Positions 18,790 to 27,620 of a stretch of 32,000 bases of DNA are shown here, piece after piece. The translations under genes were made by a program, and so were the position numbers. Every line of letters starts with the position of its first letter. Position 1 is the first letter of the stretch. The notes beneath the pieces are model-generated. The model was not told the DNA's origin and ran no database searches. It was given only the letters and a program-made list of their open reading frames with translations. The DNA is from Pseudoalteromonas translucida KMM 520 (GTDB lineage: Bacteria; Pseudomonadota; Gammaproteobacteria; Enterobacterales; Alteromonadaceae), in assembly GCF_001465295.1 (NCBI RefSeq), contig NZ_CP011034.1, forward strand, positions 2,190,001-2,222,000, given 5' to 3'.

Positions 18790-19971
18790 TTATAAATGCT
18801 GCTTATAAACCTCAAGTGCTTGGCTTAAGTCGTTGATTAAATCGTCTACATCCTCAAGGCCAATATGCAAACGAATAACAGGCCCTAAATTCCAACCTGT
18901 ATCAGAACGTAATCCTTTCATGGTTAAATTAGCGGTTACTAAACTTTCAAAGCCGCCCCACGAAAAACCCATTTTAAAATAGTGTAGACTATCTAAAAAC
19001 GCATCGATGGCTGATTGATTCCCTGCTTTCATAACTATTGAGAACAAACCGTTACTGCCATCAAAGTCTCGTTTAAAAAACTCATGCCCCGGGCAAGTCG
19101 TAAATGCTGGGTGGCGAATATGATCAACAAGCTCATGTTGCTCAAGCCATGTAGCCACTTCTATTGCTGCTTTTTCGTGTTGATTTAAACGCACAGCCAT
19201 AGTGCGTAAACCTCTAAGTGCTAAATATGCATCGTCTGCGCTAGTACATTGCCCGAGTAAATAGGCGTTTTCGCGCAAAGTTAGCCAATACTTTTTATTA
19301 GCAACCGCCACGCCCATCATTACATCAGAATGGCCTACTATATATTTAGTAGCTGCTTGAATACTAATATCAACACCATGTTCAAGCGGACGATAATGCA
19401 ACCCGTTGCCATAGGTATTATCAAGCATGGTCATTATGTGGTGCTCGTTTGCTACTTTTACCATAGCCGGTACATCTTGAATTTCCATGGTAATAGAGCC
19501 CGGCGATTCCAAAAACAATACCTTAGTGTTTGCTTTAATGTAGTCTTTAATTCCCGCGCCTATGGTAGGTGGGTAATACGTAGTGCTAATACCCAGACCG
19601 GCTAGAATTTTATCGCAAAAATCACGAGTAGGTTCATATACATTATCAACCATTAAAATATGGTCGCCGGTTTTTAAAAACGACAGCAAAGTTTGGCTAA
19701 TTGCAGCAGCGCCACACGGATAAAGTACACACCCTTCGCCGCCCTCAAGCTCAGTAATAGCTTCTTGCAGCGCAAAGTGGGTAGTTGTGCCTCTACGGCC
19801 ATAAAATAAGGTTTTGTCGCCACATGTTTTAGCGGCTTTTTTTAATTCAGCTACCGAGTCAAATACTATGGTTGATGCACGTTGCACAACCGGATTAACG
19901 ACACCGTGGGTATAGGCTTTTTTACGCCCTGATGTAACAAGTTGGGTGTTTTTATTGCTTTTGCTCGTCAT
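18790..19971 (-). CDS. metC: Cystathionine beta-lyase
   Basis: 393 aa, collinear with E. coli MetC (TQLV..GR.K.YT.G.VN.V.QRAS; FYGRRGT.THF.LQ.A..ELEGG.GCVL.PCGAAA; SIQAATKY.VGHSD PLP-lysine motif; IRLHIGLEDVDDLI.DL). Confidence 0.95.
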   Translation of the reverse strand: MTSKSNKNTQLVTSGRKKAYTHGVVNPVVQRASTIVFDSVAELKKAAKTCGDKTLFYGRRGTTTHFALQEAITELEGGEGCVLYPCGAAAISQTLLSFLKTGDHILMVDNVYEPTRDFCDKILAGLGISTTYYPPTIGAGIKDYIKANTKVLFLESPGSITMEIQDVPAMVKVANEHHIMTMLDNTYGNGLHYRPLEHGVDISIQAATKYIVGHSDVMMGVAVANKKYWLTLRENAYLLGQCTSADDAYLALRGLRTMAVRLNQHEKAAIEVATWLEQHELVDHIRHPAFTTCPGHEFFKRDFDGSNGLFSIVMKAGNQSAIDAFLDSLHYFKMGFSWGGFESLVTANLTMKGLRSDTGWNLGPVIRLHIGLEDVDDLINDLSQALEVYKQHL

Positions 19972-19973
19972 GC

Positions 19974-20897
19974 TTAATCCTTATTATTTAGCCAGTACTC
20001 AATTAAATAGCGAGAAATAGAATCTGTTCTGGGAAGCTTTAAATGCTCCCCCTCGTCATGCCAATTGCCAAACTGGCGTAACTCTTCACGGCTAAACCAC
20101 TTAGCATCGTCAAGTTCGTTTTTATCAACATTAATATCTTCTGTAACCGCTTCGGCAAAAAAGCCCAGCATTATTGATGAAGGAAACGGCCAAGGTTGTG
20201 ATGCAACATAACGTACATTATTTACTTCAATACCCGCCTCTTCTTTTACCTCACGAGCAACTGCTTGCTCGAGTGTTTCACCGGGATCAACAAAGCCCGC
20301 TAACGACGAATACATACCGCTCGCCCACGCAGCTTGGCGACCTAGTAAACAGCGCTCTACGCCATCGGCAAACACTTTAGTAACCACCATAATTACCGCA
20401 GGATCGGTGCGCGGAAAAGTAGGGTGTTTACAGTTTTCGTTTTCGCATACTCGTGAATGCCCTGCTTCTACTAAATGATTTTTACTGCCGCAACGTCCGC
20501 AAAAACTATGGGTTGCATGCCAATAACATAAGCCGCGTGCAAGTGCCGCTATTGAGGCGTATTTAATGGTTACTTGAGGGCCGTATTGGCGTATGTCAAC
20601 AAACTGCGCGCCGTCAATTAAAGGATTAAGTATGCTGGTATCTAGCTTAGATACATCAAGAGCAAACACCCCATCTTTTGCATTGTTTAAGCCAACAAAA
20701 ATAGCATTCGTTAAATCTAAATGGGCAACCTGTTGATACGATAAATAGCTAACTTTTGGGGTATCTTTAATAAATAAGGTTTGATTATTTTTAACTAAAA
20801 CCCACTTACTTTGCGCCGACATATGCGCTTTAAGCCATGCTGGGTCGTTACGAAAATTTGAGCCTCTGTCTAGTGGCATGTTGCTGTAATGAAGCAT
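19974..20897 (-). CDS. nudC: NAD(+) diphosphatase / NADH pyrophosphatase (Nudix, NudC)
   Basis: 307 aa. Zinc ribbon CGRCGSKNH...CENENC. Nudix box GFVDPGETLEQAVAREVKEEAGI followed by RYVASQPWPFPSSIMLGF, almost identical to the E. coli NudC blocks. Only a 2-nt gap to metC. Confidence 0.93.
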   Translation of the reverse strand: MLHYSNMPLDRGSNFRNDPAWLKAHMSAQSKWVLVKNNQTLFIKDTPKVSYLSYQQVAHLDLTNAIFVGLNNAKDGVFALDVSKLDTSILNPLIDGAQFVDIRQYGPQVTIKYASIAALARGLCYWHATHSFCGRCGSKNHLVEAGHSRVCENENCKHPTFPRTDPAVIMVVTKVFADGVERCLLGRQAAWASGMYSSLAGFVDPGETLEQAVAREVKEEAGIEVNNVRYVASQPWPFPSSIMLGFFAEAVTEDINVDKNELDDAKWFSREELRQFGNWHDEGEHLKLPRTDSISRYLIEYWLNNKD

Positions 20898-20969
20898 TTA
20901 AATCCTTAGGTACACATTATGTTTTAAAATTACCATAACCCTTTAGTAAACCCAATTTATTAGCGCGAT

Positions 20970-20991
20970 AAAAAAAGCCTAAAATAGGCTT
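20970..20991 (-). terminator. Possible terminator of the NYN-domain gene
   Basis: The minus strand reads aagccta-ttt-taggctt followed by TTTTTT. The stem is short (6-7 bp), so this is moderate evidence. Confidence 0.5.
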
Positions 20992-21087
20992 AATTGCTAT
21001 ATAACCCTGCAATATTAAAAAGTCTCATGTTGCAGGGACTAATAGCGTATGTGAGTGTTGTTTTTTGGCTGTTCAATAAACACTTAT

Positions 21088-21591
21088 TTAAAGTAAGAAT
21101 GTATTGTCGATTAAATGAAATTGCTCTGCACTTTGTTTTAATGCCTCTGCGGTTAACCTATCGGCGCCATATACATCACACGAAACATTATATTGGCTTT
21201 TTAAATGCCCCAACAATAAAGCAAAGTCGCCATCACCCGAGAGTAAAATAACTTTATCAAGGTTTTTACCATGCTCAAGCATATCAATGGTTATACCCAC
21301 ATCCCAATCGCCTTTTGCACTGCCATCGCGGCGTTGAATAAATGGCTTAAGTTTTACCTCAAAACCAATTGCGCGCAAAATATTTTGAAACTGACTTTGT
21401 TTTTCATCCCCTCGATAAATTGCATAAGCAAACGCACATTCAATATTATATTGCTGCGCCATAACTCGCCAAAATGCATTGTAGTCAAAGTTTTTTCCGT
21501 AACTATCACGGCAAGTGTAATAAATATTTTGTACATCAACAAAAATACCTACACGGGGTTTAGTATTTTGCGGCTCGTGTTGTGAAGTCAT
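21088..21591 (-). CDS. NYN-domain (LabA/DUF88-like) predicted ribonuclease
   Basis: 167 aa. The NYN/PIN-like acidic motifs are all present: VGIFVDVQNIYY, KGDWDVGITIDML, ILLSGDGDFALLL. SD aggaaa upstream. Confidence 0.8.
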   Translation of the reverse strand: MTSQHEPQNTKPRVGIFVDVQNIYYTCRDSYGKNFDYNAFWRVMAQQYNIECAFAYAIYRGDEKQSQFQNILRAIGFEVKLKPFIQRRDGSAKGDWDVGITIDMLEHGKNLDKVILLSGDGDFALLLGHLKSQYNVSCDVYGADRLTAEALKQSAEQFHLIDNTFLL

Positions 21592-21665
21592 TTAATTTCC
21601 TAATCAGGATTTATAGTAATGGCGTTGTGCTATTAAAATAAGTGTACCTTGCATTTTTCATTTAA

Positions 21666-21711
21666 GTAACCTAAATTGGTTACTTAGCTCTATGTAACCA
21701 ATTTAGGTTAC
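21666..21711. promoter_or_regulatory. Inverted repeat / candidate double operator in the NYN / satD-like divergent intergenic region
   Basis: GTAACCTAAATTGGTTAC (21666-21683) and its exact reverse complement GTAACCAATTTAGGTTAC (21694-21711), 10 bp apart. Each 18-mer is itself GTAACC-N6-GGTTAC, giving four hexamer half-sites. Confidence 0.6.
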
Positions 21712-21740
21712 ATTTTAAAAAGTAACTATTCGAGGCTCAT

Positions 21741-22364
21741 ATGATTGGTGTGATCAGCGGCGATATTATTAAATCGCAAACTATTCCTCAGCAGCAGTAC
21801 GATGCCATGCTTTATCAACTAGAGCAAAGCCTAAGAAGTATTACCACACAGCGCACCCATTGGAATATATACCGAGGCGATGCCTTTCAATTACAGTTAA
21901 ACAACCCAGAACAATTATTTAAAACCGCTATTTTAGTGTATTTACACTTAAAAGCATCGGGGTATGAACTACGCCAAAGTATGGCTTTAGGGCAAATAGA
22001 TAATCCGCGCAGCGATATAAAAACCGCAACGGGTTCTGCCTTTACCCTCTCAGGGCAAGGGCTAGATAAAATAGCTAATCAACGCTTTATTATTAATATT
22101 GCAGAGCAACAACTCGATGAGAGCTTAAGTCTTAATCTAGCCTTTGTAGATGTATTACTCACTAAAATTACGCTAAAGCAGGCCAATGCCTTATATGTGT
22201 ATTTAACTAAAGCCGACAACAGCCATGCCGCAGTAGCTAAAGAGCTAAAAACAAGCCGGGAGAATGTTACTAAACTGCTTAATTTAGCGCATTACCAACT
22301 AATAGAGCGCTTTATTAAATATACTCAACAATGTATACAAACAATAATCGCAGGAAGTAAATAA
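21741..22364 (+). CDS. SatD-like protein with C-terminal HTH
   Basis: 207 aa. N-terminal MIGVISGDIIKSQ and YRGDAFQLQL motifs match my recollection of the SatD family. C-terminal LKQANALYVYL...SHAAVAKELKTSRENVTKLL looks like a sigma-70 region 4 / LuxR-type HTH. Paired with a DUF3307 gene, as SatD/SatE are in the Streptococcus mutans sat locus. Family assignment is from memory, not a search. Confidence 0.6.
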   Translation: MIGVISGDIIKSQTIPQQQYDAMLYQLEQSLRSITTQRTHWNIYRGDAFQLQLNNPEQLFKTAILVYLHLKASGYELRQSMALGQIDNPRSDIKTATGSAFTLSGQGLDKIANQRFIINIAEQQLDESLSLNLAFVDVLLTKITLKQANALYVYLTKADNSHAAVAKELKTSRENVTKLLNLAHYQLIERFIKYTQQCIQTIIAGSK

Positions 22365-23107
22365 TGGCATTTTCTCTCTTACTCGTTGTCCTCATTATTG
22401 GCCACCTACTCGCCGATTTTTACTGGCAACCCATGAGTTGGATAAACGATAGAAACACCCGCCATTTTAAGGCCCCTAAGCTGTATTTTCATGTGTTAGT
22501 TCATGGCTTGATCAGCGCAGTTATTATCAGTTACTGGGAGTTTAATTATGGCTGGCAACAATATAGCAGCGTGCTGCTAGCCACCTTAATTATTATGTTC
22601 AGCCATTATTTTATCGATATTGCTAAATCGTACTCTAATAAAGGCGTGGTGCCTTTTTTATTCGATCAACTAGCGCATATAGCAGTATTAATAATCGTGA
22701 GTATTTGGCTAACAGATAACAACAGCTTTATAGCTGCAATAGGTAAGCTATTAACTAACCCCAAAATATTATGGGTGGTATGCGGCTATATAATTATTTT
22801 AAGCCCCTGCGCTGTATTTATAAGAATGATGCTAGAGCGTTTAACAGCTAACTTTAGCAGTAGTGGTAGTTTACCCCTTGCTGGGCAAAGTATTGGCATG
22901 CTTGAAAGAGTGCTTATGCTAAGCTTTATCTTATTAGATCAATTTGCTGGAGTGGGCTTTTTACTTGCCGCTAAATCGGTATTTAGGTTTGGTGATTTAA
23001 GTGCCAGTAAAGATAAAAAGCTCACCGAATATGTAATGCTAGGCACACTACTTAGCGTAAGTGTTACCTTGTTTGTAGGGTTAGGTATTAATTACTTAAT
23101 CAGCTAG
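22364..23107 (+). CDS. DUF3307 (SatE-like) polytopic membrane protein
   Basis: 247 aa with several hydrophobic spans. The N-terminal GHLLADFYWQ motif is typical of DUF3307, and there are further His/Asp motifs: HVLVHG, SHYFIDI, DQLAH. The start overlaps the satD-like stop (TAATG) with SD aggaag. Confidence 0.6.
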   Translation: MAFSLLLVVLIIGHLLADFYWQPMSWINDRNTRHFKAPKLYFHVLVHGLISAVIISYWEFNYGWQQYSSVLLATLIIMFSHYFIDIAKSYSNKGVVPFLFDQLAHIAVLIIVSIWLTDNNSFIAAIGKLLTNPKILWVVCGYIIILSPCAVFIRMMLERLTANFSSSGSLPLAGQSIGMLERVLMLSFILLDQFAGVGFLLAAKSVFRFGDLSASKDKKLTEYVMLGTLLSVSVTLFVGLGINYLIS

Positions 23108-23150
23108 TCTGTAATAAAAGCAATGCATACACACTAAAAAATACCCATTA

Positions 23151-23189
23151 AAAAACGCGCTACTTGTAAAACAAGTAAGCGCGTTTTTG
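23151..23189. terminator. Bidirectional terminator between the DUF3307 gene and rhlE
   Basis: aacgcgctacttgt-aaa-acaagtaagcgcgtt stem (one bulged base) with an A-run before and a T-run after, between convergent genes. Confidence 0.8.
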
Positions 23190-23210
23190 TATCAGCGTTT
23201 AAAAGTATAA

Positions 23211-24611
23211 TTAGTCGTTGTTACTTGGGCGACGACGGCGCTGAGTATTACCACCAACAGATTCGCGTTTTGCCCATGGGCTTTGCGCTTTATCATCCGT
23301 TTTAGCTACTGGCTTTTTAGAACCCCCTCTGCGTGCACCCGTACCATTTCCGCCATTATTAGGCTTTTTATTATTTGGCTTGCTGCTGTCAGATTTAGGC
23401 TTATTAAATGGCTGATTGGTCTTTTTAGCTTTTTTAGGAGCGATTGGACGCGCATCTAAGTCGCGCTCTGGTACTGGGTTAACCGGCTCAAAACCGTCTT
23501 CGGTAGCACGAGGAATAAGCTCACCAATAAAGCGTTCAATGCCGTATAAATCAACTGCATCTTCCGTGGTTACAAACGAAATTGCATGGCCCGATGCACC
23601 CGCGCGACCTGTACGGCCAATACGATGCACGTAATCTTCGTATACGTTTGGTAAGTCGTAGTTAACAACGTGTGGAAGCTCCACAATATCTAAACCACGG
23701 GCAACAATATCGGTTGCAACTAACACGCGTACTTCACCGTTTTTAAAACCATCAAGGGCTTTAACACGTGCGCCTTGCGATTTATTGCCATGAATAGCCG
23801 CGCCAACAATATCATCGCGTTCTAGTTGTTTAACTAAGCGGTTTGCACCGTGCTTAGTACGGCTAAATACTAATACTTGCTGCCAATCGTTAGTACGAAT
23901 TAGGTGGCTTAATAACGCTGTTTTACGTGGTTTATCTACCGCGTAAACACACTGAGTAACGCTTTTAGCTGTGGTGTTTTTTGCAGCAACAGAAATTTCA
24001 ACCGGATCGTTTATCAACCCTTTTGCTAGTGCACGAATTTCGTCAGAAAACGTTGCCGAAAACATTAAGTTTTGACGTTTTACAGGCATTTTTGCAATCA
24101 GGCGTTTAATATCATGAATAAAGCCCATGTCGAGCATGCGGTCAGCTTCATCAAGCACTAATACTTCTACACTATCAAATTTAACCGCATTTTGATTATG
24201 TAAATCGATTAGACGGCCCGGAGTTGCCACTAAAATATCAACCCCTTTGCGTAAACGCTGCATTTGTGGGTTAATTTTAACGCCACCGTAAACTACAAAC
24301 GAGCTTACATTTGAATGCTTTGCGTACTCTTCAACATTTTCGCTTACTTGCAAAGCAAGCTCACGTGTTGGCGTTAAAATAAGTGCACGTACATGGTTAC
24401 TTTTAGCTTTAGGACCGCTAGACAAACGCTCAATAAGTGGCAGTGTAAAACCCGCTGTTTTACCTGTTCCTGTTTGCGCTGCTGCCATCACATCACGACG
24501 ATCAATAATCGCCGGAATTGCTTGAGCCTGAATTGGCGTTGGCGTTTCATAGCCCTTCTCTAAAACCGCATTAACTAAAGACTGTGATAAACCTAAACCT
24601 TCAAAACTCAT
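23211..24611 (-). CDS. rhlE: DEAD-box ATP-dependent RNA helicase RhlE
   Basis: 466 aa. Q motif TPIQ, motif [19 protein letters not shown] (VLDEADRM), [13 protein letters not shown]. Basic low-complexity C-terminal tail. Confidence 0.93.
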   Translation of the reverse strand: MSFEGLGLSQSLVNAVLEKGYETPTPIQAQAIPAIIDRRDVMAAAQTGTGKTAGFTLPLIERLSSGPKAKSNHVRALILTPTRELALQVSENVEEYAKHSNVSSFVVYGGVKINPQMQRLRKGVDILVATPGRLIDLHNQNAVKFDSVEVLVLDEADRMLDMGFIHDIKRLIAKMPVKRQNLMFSATFSDEIRALAKGLINDPVEISVAAKNTTAKSVTQCVYAVDKPRKTALLSHLIRTNDWQQVLVFSRTKHGANRLVKQLERDDIVGAAIHGNKSQGARVKALDGFKNGEVRVLVATDIVARGLDIVELPHVVNYDLPNVYEDYVHRIGRTGRAGASGHAISFVTTEDAVDLYGIERFIGELIPRATEDGFEPVNPVPERDLDARPIAPKKAKKTNQPFNKPKSDSSKPNNKKPNNGGNGTGARRGGSKKPVAKTDDKAQSPWAKRESVGGNTQRRRRPSNND

Positions 24612-24755
24612 ATAAACTCTCTTTTAAATAAGGCTAAACTAGCCAGTTGCGCGCATTATACCTGTAGTAGCTAAGAATGCATGCCATTATTTACGTTGGC
24701 GTGTAATTGACTCCCGCTTAATCAAATTAGATAGGTATCTAATTACTTAAAACGC

Positions 24756-24782
24756 AAAAAACGGCTAAAAAGCCGTTTTTTT
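24756..24782 (-). terminator. Terminator of the 2OG-oxygenase gene
   Basis: aaaaacggct-aaaa-agccgttttttt, a symmetrical hairpin 20 nt after the stop. Confidence 0.7.
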
Positions 24783-24801
24783 ATATCGCAGTATTTACTG
24801 G

Positions 24802-25641
24802 TTACTTAACGCCAAGCTCACGTAAACGCTCTTGCAAGTAACTATCAGCGGTATAGCGCTCTGATAACACCACATCTGGGCGAGGGTGTAAAAATAGCGG
24901 TAATGAAATACGCGACTTACTAGACGCTTTACCTGTTGGGTTAATTACCCGATGAATTGTCGAAGGGAAATAACCACCCGACGCTTCTTGTAGCATGTCA
25001 CCAATATTAATGATCAAGCAACCAAAATCAGAAGGAACATCTAACCAACCGCCTTCGGTATTTTTAACTTGTAAACCCGGTTCATTAGAAGCAGGTAGTA
25101 CAGTTAGCAAGTTAATATCGCCATGCGCAGCTGCACGAATAGCACCTGGCTCTTCATCGCCGGTCATTGGTGGGTAATGTAAAATACGCAGTAATGTTTG
25201 CTCAGAGTTAGCAATCATGTCTTTTAAGTCAATCGAAAATTTAGCACGCACATCTGCTGGTGCTTCTGCTTGTACCCAACTTAAAAGCGTTGCTGCAAAC
25301 TCATTCGCTAAACGATAGTACTCACGTATGTCTGCTTCTAACTGAGCAGGTACACGGCCTTTAGGATAAACATGGAAGTACTCTTTAATATCTTTAACTT
25401 TACAGCCTTTTGCCACTTCTGATACCGAAGGCGGAAAATAGCCATCTTGGGTGTCTTTAGAAAATAAAAAGTCCTGCTTTTGATCTGAGTTAAAAAAGTC
25501 TTGCCAATTTTTATAAATAGACTCAACTAAAGATTGCGGAATTGGATGGTTTTTTAAGACCCCAAAGCCGGTATTTCTTAATGATTCAACAAATTGAGCA
25601 GCCGCATTGTCCGCTTTATAATCAACAGTAGGTAATTGCAT
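24802..25641 (-). CDS. 2-oxoglutarate/Fe(II)-dependent oxygenase (isopenicillin N synthase-like family)
   Basis: 279 aa. N-terminal non-haem dioxygenase region, HxD...H facial triad candidates (AAHGDINLLTVL ... STIHRV) and RxS (RISLPLF). Confidence 0.8.
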   Translation of the reverse strand: MQLPTVDYKADNAAAQFVESLRNTGFGVLKNHPIPQSLVESIYKNWQDFFNSDQKQDFLFSKDTQDGYFPPSVSEVAKGCKVKDIKEYFHVYPKGRVPAQLEADIREYYRLANEFAATLLSWVQAEAPADVRAKFSIDLKDMIANSEQTLLRILHYPPMTGDEEPGAIRAAAHGDINLLTVLPASNEPGLQVKNTEGGWLDVPSDFGCLIINIGDMLQEASGGYFPSTIHRVINPTGKASSKSRISLPLFLHPRPDVVLSERYTADSYLQERLRELGVK

Positions 25642-25918
25642 TGTACATTCCAGTGAATAGGTTGTGAGAGGTCATTTACATTATAGAGGTAGATTACTCT
25701 ATTTAAGCAGCAAAGCCTGTATTATTACCACCGTGAGGATAGACAAACAGCCCTAAAACCATAAGGACATATGTCCGCACCTTGACTGGGTGAGCAATTG
25801 AGTTGATCTTAATCAAATTATAAATAAACATTGAAATAACATCACTTCGCACCTATCTCTGAACTATGATAGTAATGTTTATTATTTCGCACTTAAACTT
25901 AAGTATTAAGGCTCCTCC

Positions 25919-27121
25919 ATGCGACAAAAAGTATCTTTTAAAAGTGGTGATTTAAAACTGGCAGGACAACTTGAACTGCCCTCTGGTAAAATTAAATTTT
26001 ACGCCCTATTCGCACACTGTTTTACCTGTGGCAAAGATATAGCAGCGGCAACCCGTATCAGCCGTGCACTCACACAGCAAGGGATTGCAGTATTACGCTT
26101 TGACTTTACCGGCTTAGGTAATAGCGATGGCGACTTTGCCAATAGTAATTTTTCATCTAATATTCAAGACTTAGTAGCAGCCGCTAATCACCTGCGTGAA
26201 CATTTTGGTGCACCGCAATTACTTATAGGCCACAGCTTAGGTGGAGCTGCAGTACTGGCCGCTGCTGAGCACATACCAGAAGTATCGGCAATTACTACCA
26301 TAGGTGCGCCATCAGATGCACAGCACGTAGCACATAACTTTAAAGCCCACCTAGATGAAATTAACGCAGCTGGCGAAGCTAAAGTAAATTTAGCGGGCCG
26401 CGAGTTCACTATTAAAAAACAATTTATAGACGATATAGCCAAGTATGATAAAAGCCACATAAGTAAACTTAAGCGCGCATTATTAGTAATGCACTCCCCT
26501 ATTGACGCGACTGTAAATATTAGCGAAGCCGAAAAAATTTACGCATCAGCTAAGCATCCTAAAAGCTTTATTAGCCTAGATAACGCCGATCACTTACTTA
26601 CTAATAAAAACGATGCCGACTACGCAGCAGATATTATTGCCACCTGGGCCAATCGTTATGTAAATTACGATAAAACTAAATATACGGCTAAATTAAATAA
26701 TGGCAGCGTATTAGTAGAAGAAAAAGACCATGTATTTACCCAACACGTAAGCACCAAAGAGCATACTTGGCTTGCCGATGAGCCACTAAAAGCAGGTGGC
26801 CATAACTTAGGCCCAGATCCGTATGAGCATTTACTCGCCGGGCTTGGCGCGTGTACCTCTATGACACTACGCATGTATGCGAGCCATAAAAAATTACCCT
26901 TGGAGCATGTCAAAGTTGAGCTTGAGCACACTCGCGATTATAAAACACAAGACGGTAACGCAGAGCAAACCCAAGGTGTTGAAGCTATTACGCGTAAAAT
27001 CACCTTAACGGGCGACTTAACTCCCGAACAACGCACGCGCCTTCTCGAAATTGCCAATAAATGCCCAGTGCATAAAACCCTACACAATAACCCACTAGTG
27101 GTAAGTGAATTGGTAGAGTAA
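25919..27121 (+). CDS. Bifunctional alpha/beta-hydrolase / OsmC-family protein
   Basis: 400 aa. N-terminal half has the nucleophile elbow GHSLGG plus later Asp/His candidates. C-terminal ~140 aa has OsmC/Ohr-like features ([24 protein letters not shown] ... CPVHKTL). Confidence 0.8.
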   Translation: MRQKVSFKSGDLKLAGQLELPSGKIKFYALFAHCFTCGKDIAAATRISRALTQQGIAVLRFDFTGLGNSDGDFANSNFSSNIQDLVAAANHLREHFGAPQLLIGHSLGGAAVLAAAEHIPEVSAITTIGAPSDAQHVAHNFKAHLDEINAAGEAKVNLAGREFTIKKQFIDDIAKYDKSHISKLKRALLVMHSPIDATVNISEAEKIYASAKHPKSFISLDNADHLLTNKNDADYAADIIATWANRYVNYDKTKYTAKLNNGSVLVEEKDHVFTQHVSTKEHTWLADEPLKAGGHNLGPDPYEHLLAGLGACTSMTLRMYASHKKLPLEHVKVELEHTRDYKTQDGNAEQTQGVEAITRKITLTGDLTPEQRTRLLEIANKCPVHKTLHNNPLVVSELVE

Positions 27122-27150
27122 CGTATAATAATTTTAATTCAGTATGTAAA

Positions 27151-27179
27151 ATAGCGCAGTTAAAGCTGCGCTATTTTTT
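27151..27179 (+). terminator. Rho-independent terminator of the hydrolase-OsmC gene
   Basis: atagcgcag-ttaaag-ctgcgctat (9-bp stem) followed by TTTTT. Confidence 0.85.
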
Positions 27180-27267
27180 CATCTTGTTAAGCTAAATAAT
27201 TAATTATTTTAAATATGTGCGATAATAACCGTCATTGTTCCAATATTTTTAGCAAAAGAACTCATCC

Positions 27268-27591
27268 ATGAAATCATATAACACCATTGCAGAACGAATC
27301 GAAATTTTACAAAGCCGAATCGAAGCCTATAAAGACGAAATTGAAGTATTAAAAGCAGAACCTAAAAGTGATAACGAACGCATTATTTTTAAGTTTATTG
27401 AAACCGGCAGCACAGGTAAAACCAAAGACTATGTACGTGGTTTAGGCATTAAATCGTCTCGCGATAGCTTATATTCGTCAGGTGATGTAACTAAGCTGAT
27501 TAAAGATGGCGCAACCGATATTTCGCCAGCGTTACTTGAAATAGCCAGAGTGCTTGCAAGCGCACGTAATAAAAACGGCCCTAGCTGTTAA
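27268..27591 (+). CDS. Hypothetical protein (107 aa, no recognisable family)
   Basis: The ORF has a predicted N-terminal coiled-coil-like segment (IAERIEILQSRIEAYKDEIEVLKAE). It has its own upstream AT-rich region and a hairpin at 27602-27625 downstream. Coding status is supported only by length and context. Confidence 0.5.
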   Translation: MKSYNTIAERIEILQSRIEAYKDEIEVLKAEPKSDNERIIFKFIETGSTGKTKDYVRGLGIKSSRDSLYSSGDVTKLIKDGATDISPALLEIARVLASARNKNGPSC

Positions 27592-27620
27592 AAAAAGCTT
27601 AATTAGCCGTGCAATTACGG

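Noticed and set aside
20994-21585. Plus-strand ORFs 20994-21251 and 21271-21585 and minus-strand ORF 21354-21542
   Set aside because: They overlap the NYN-domain CDS, which has clear family motifs. They show no motifs or ribosome-binding sites of their own.
25765-25776. Perfect 12-bp palindrome ggacatatgtcc in the oxygenase / hydrolase-OsmC divergent region
   Set aside because: A perfect 6+6 palindrome is expected several times by chance in 32 kb. No cognate regulator is nearby, so it is not reported as an operator.
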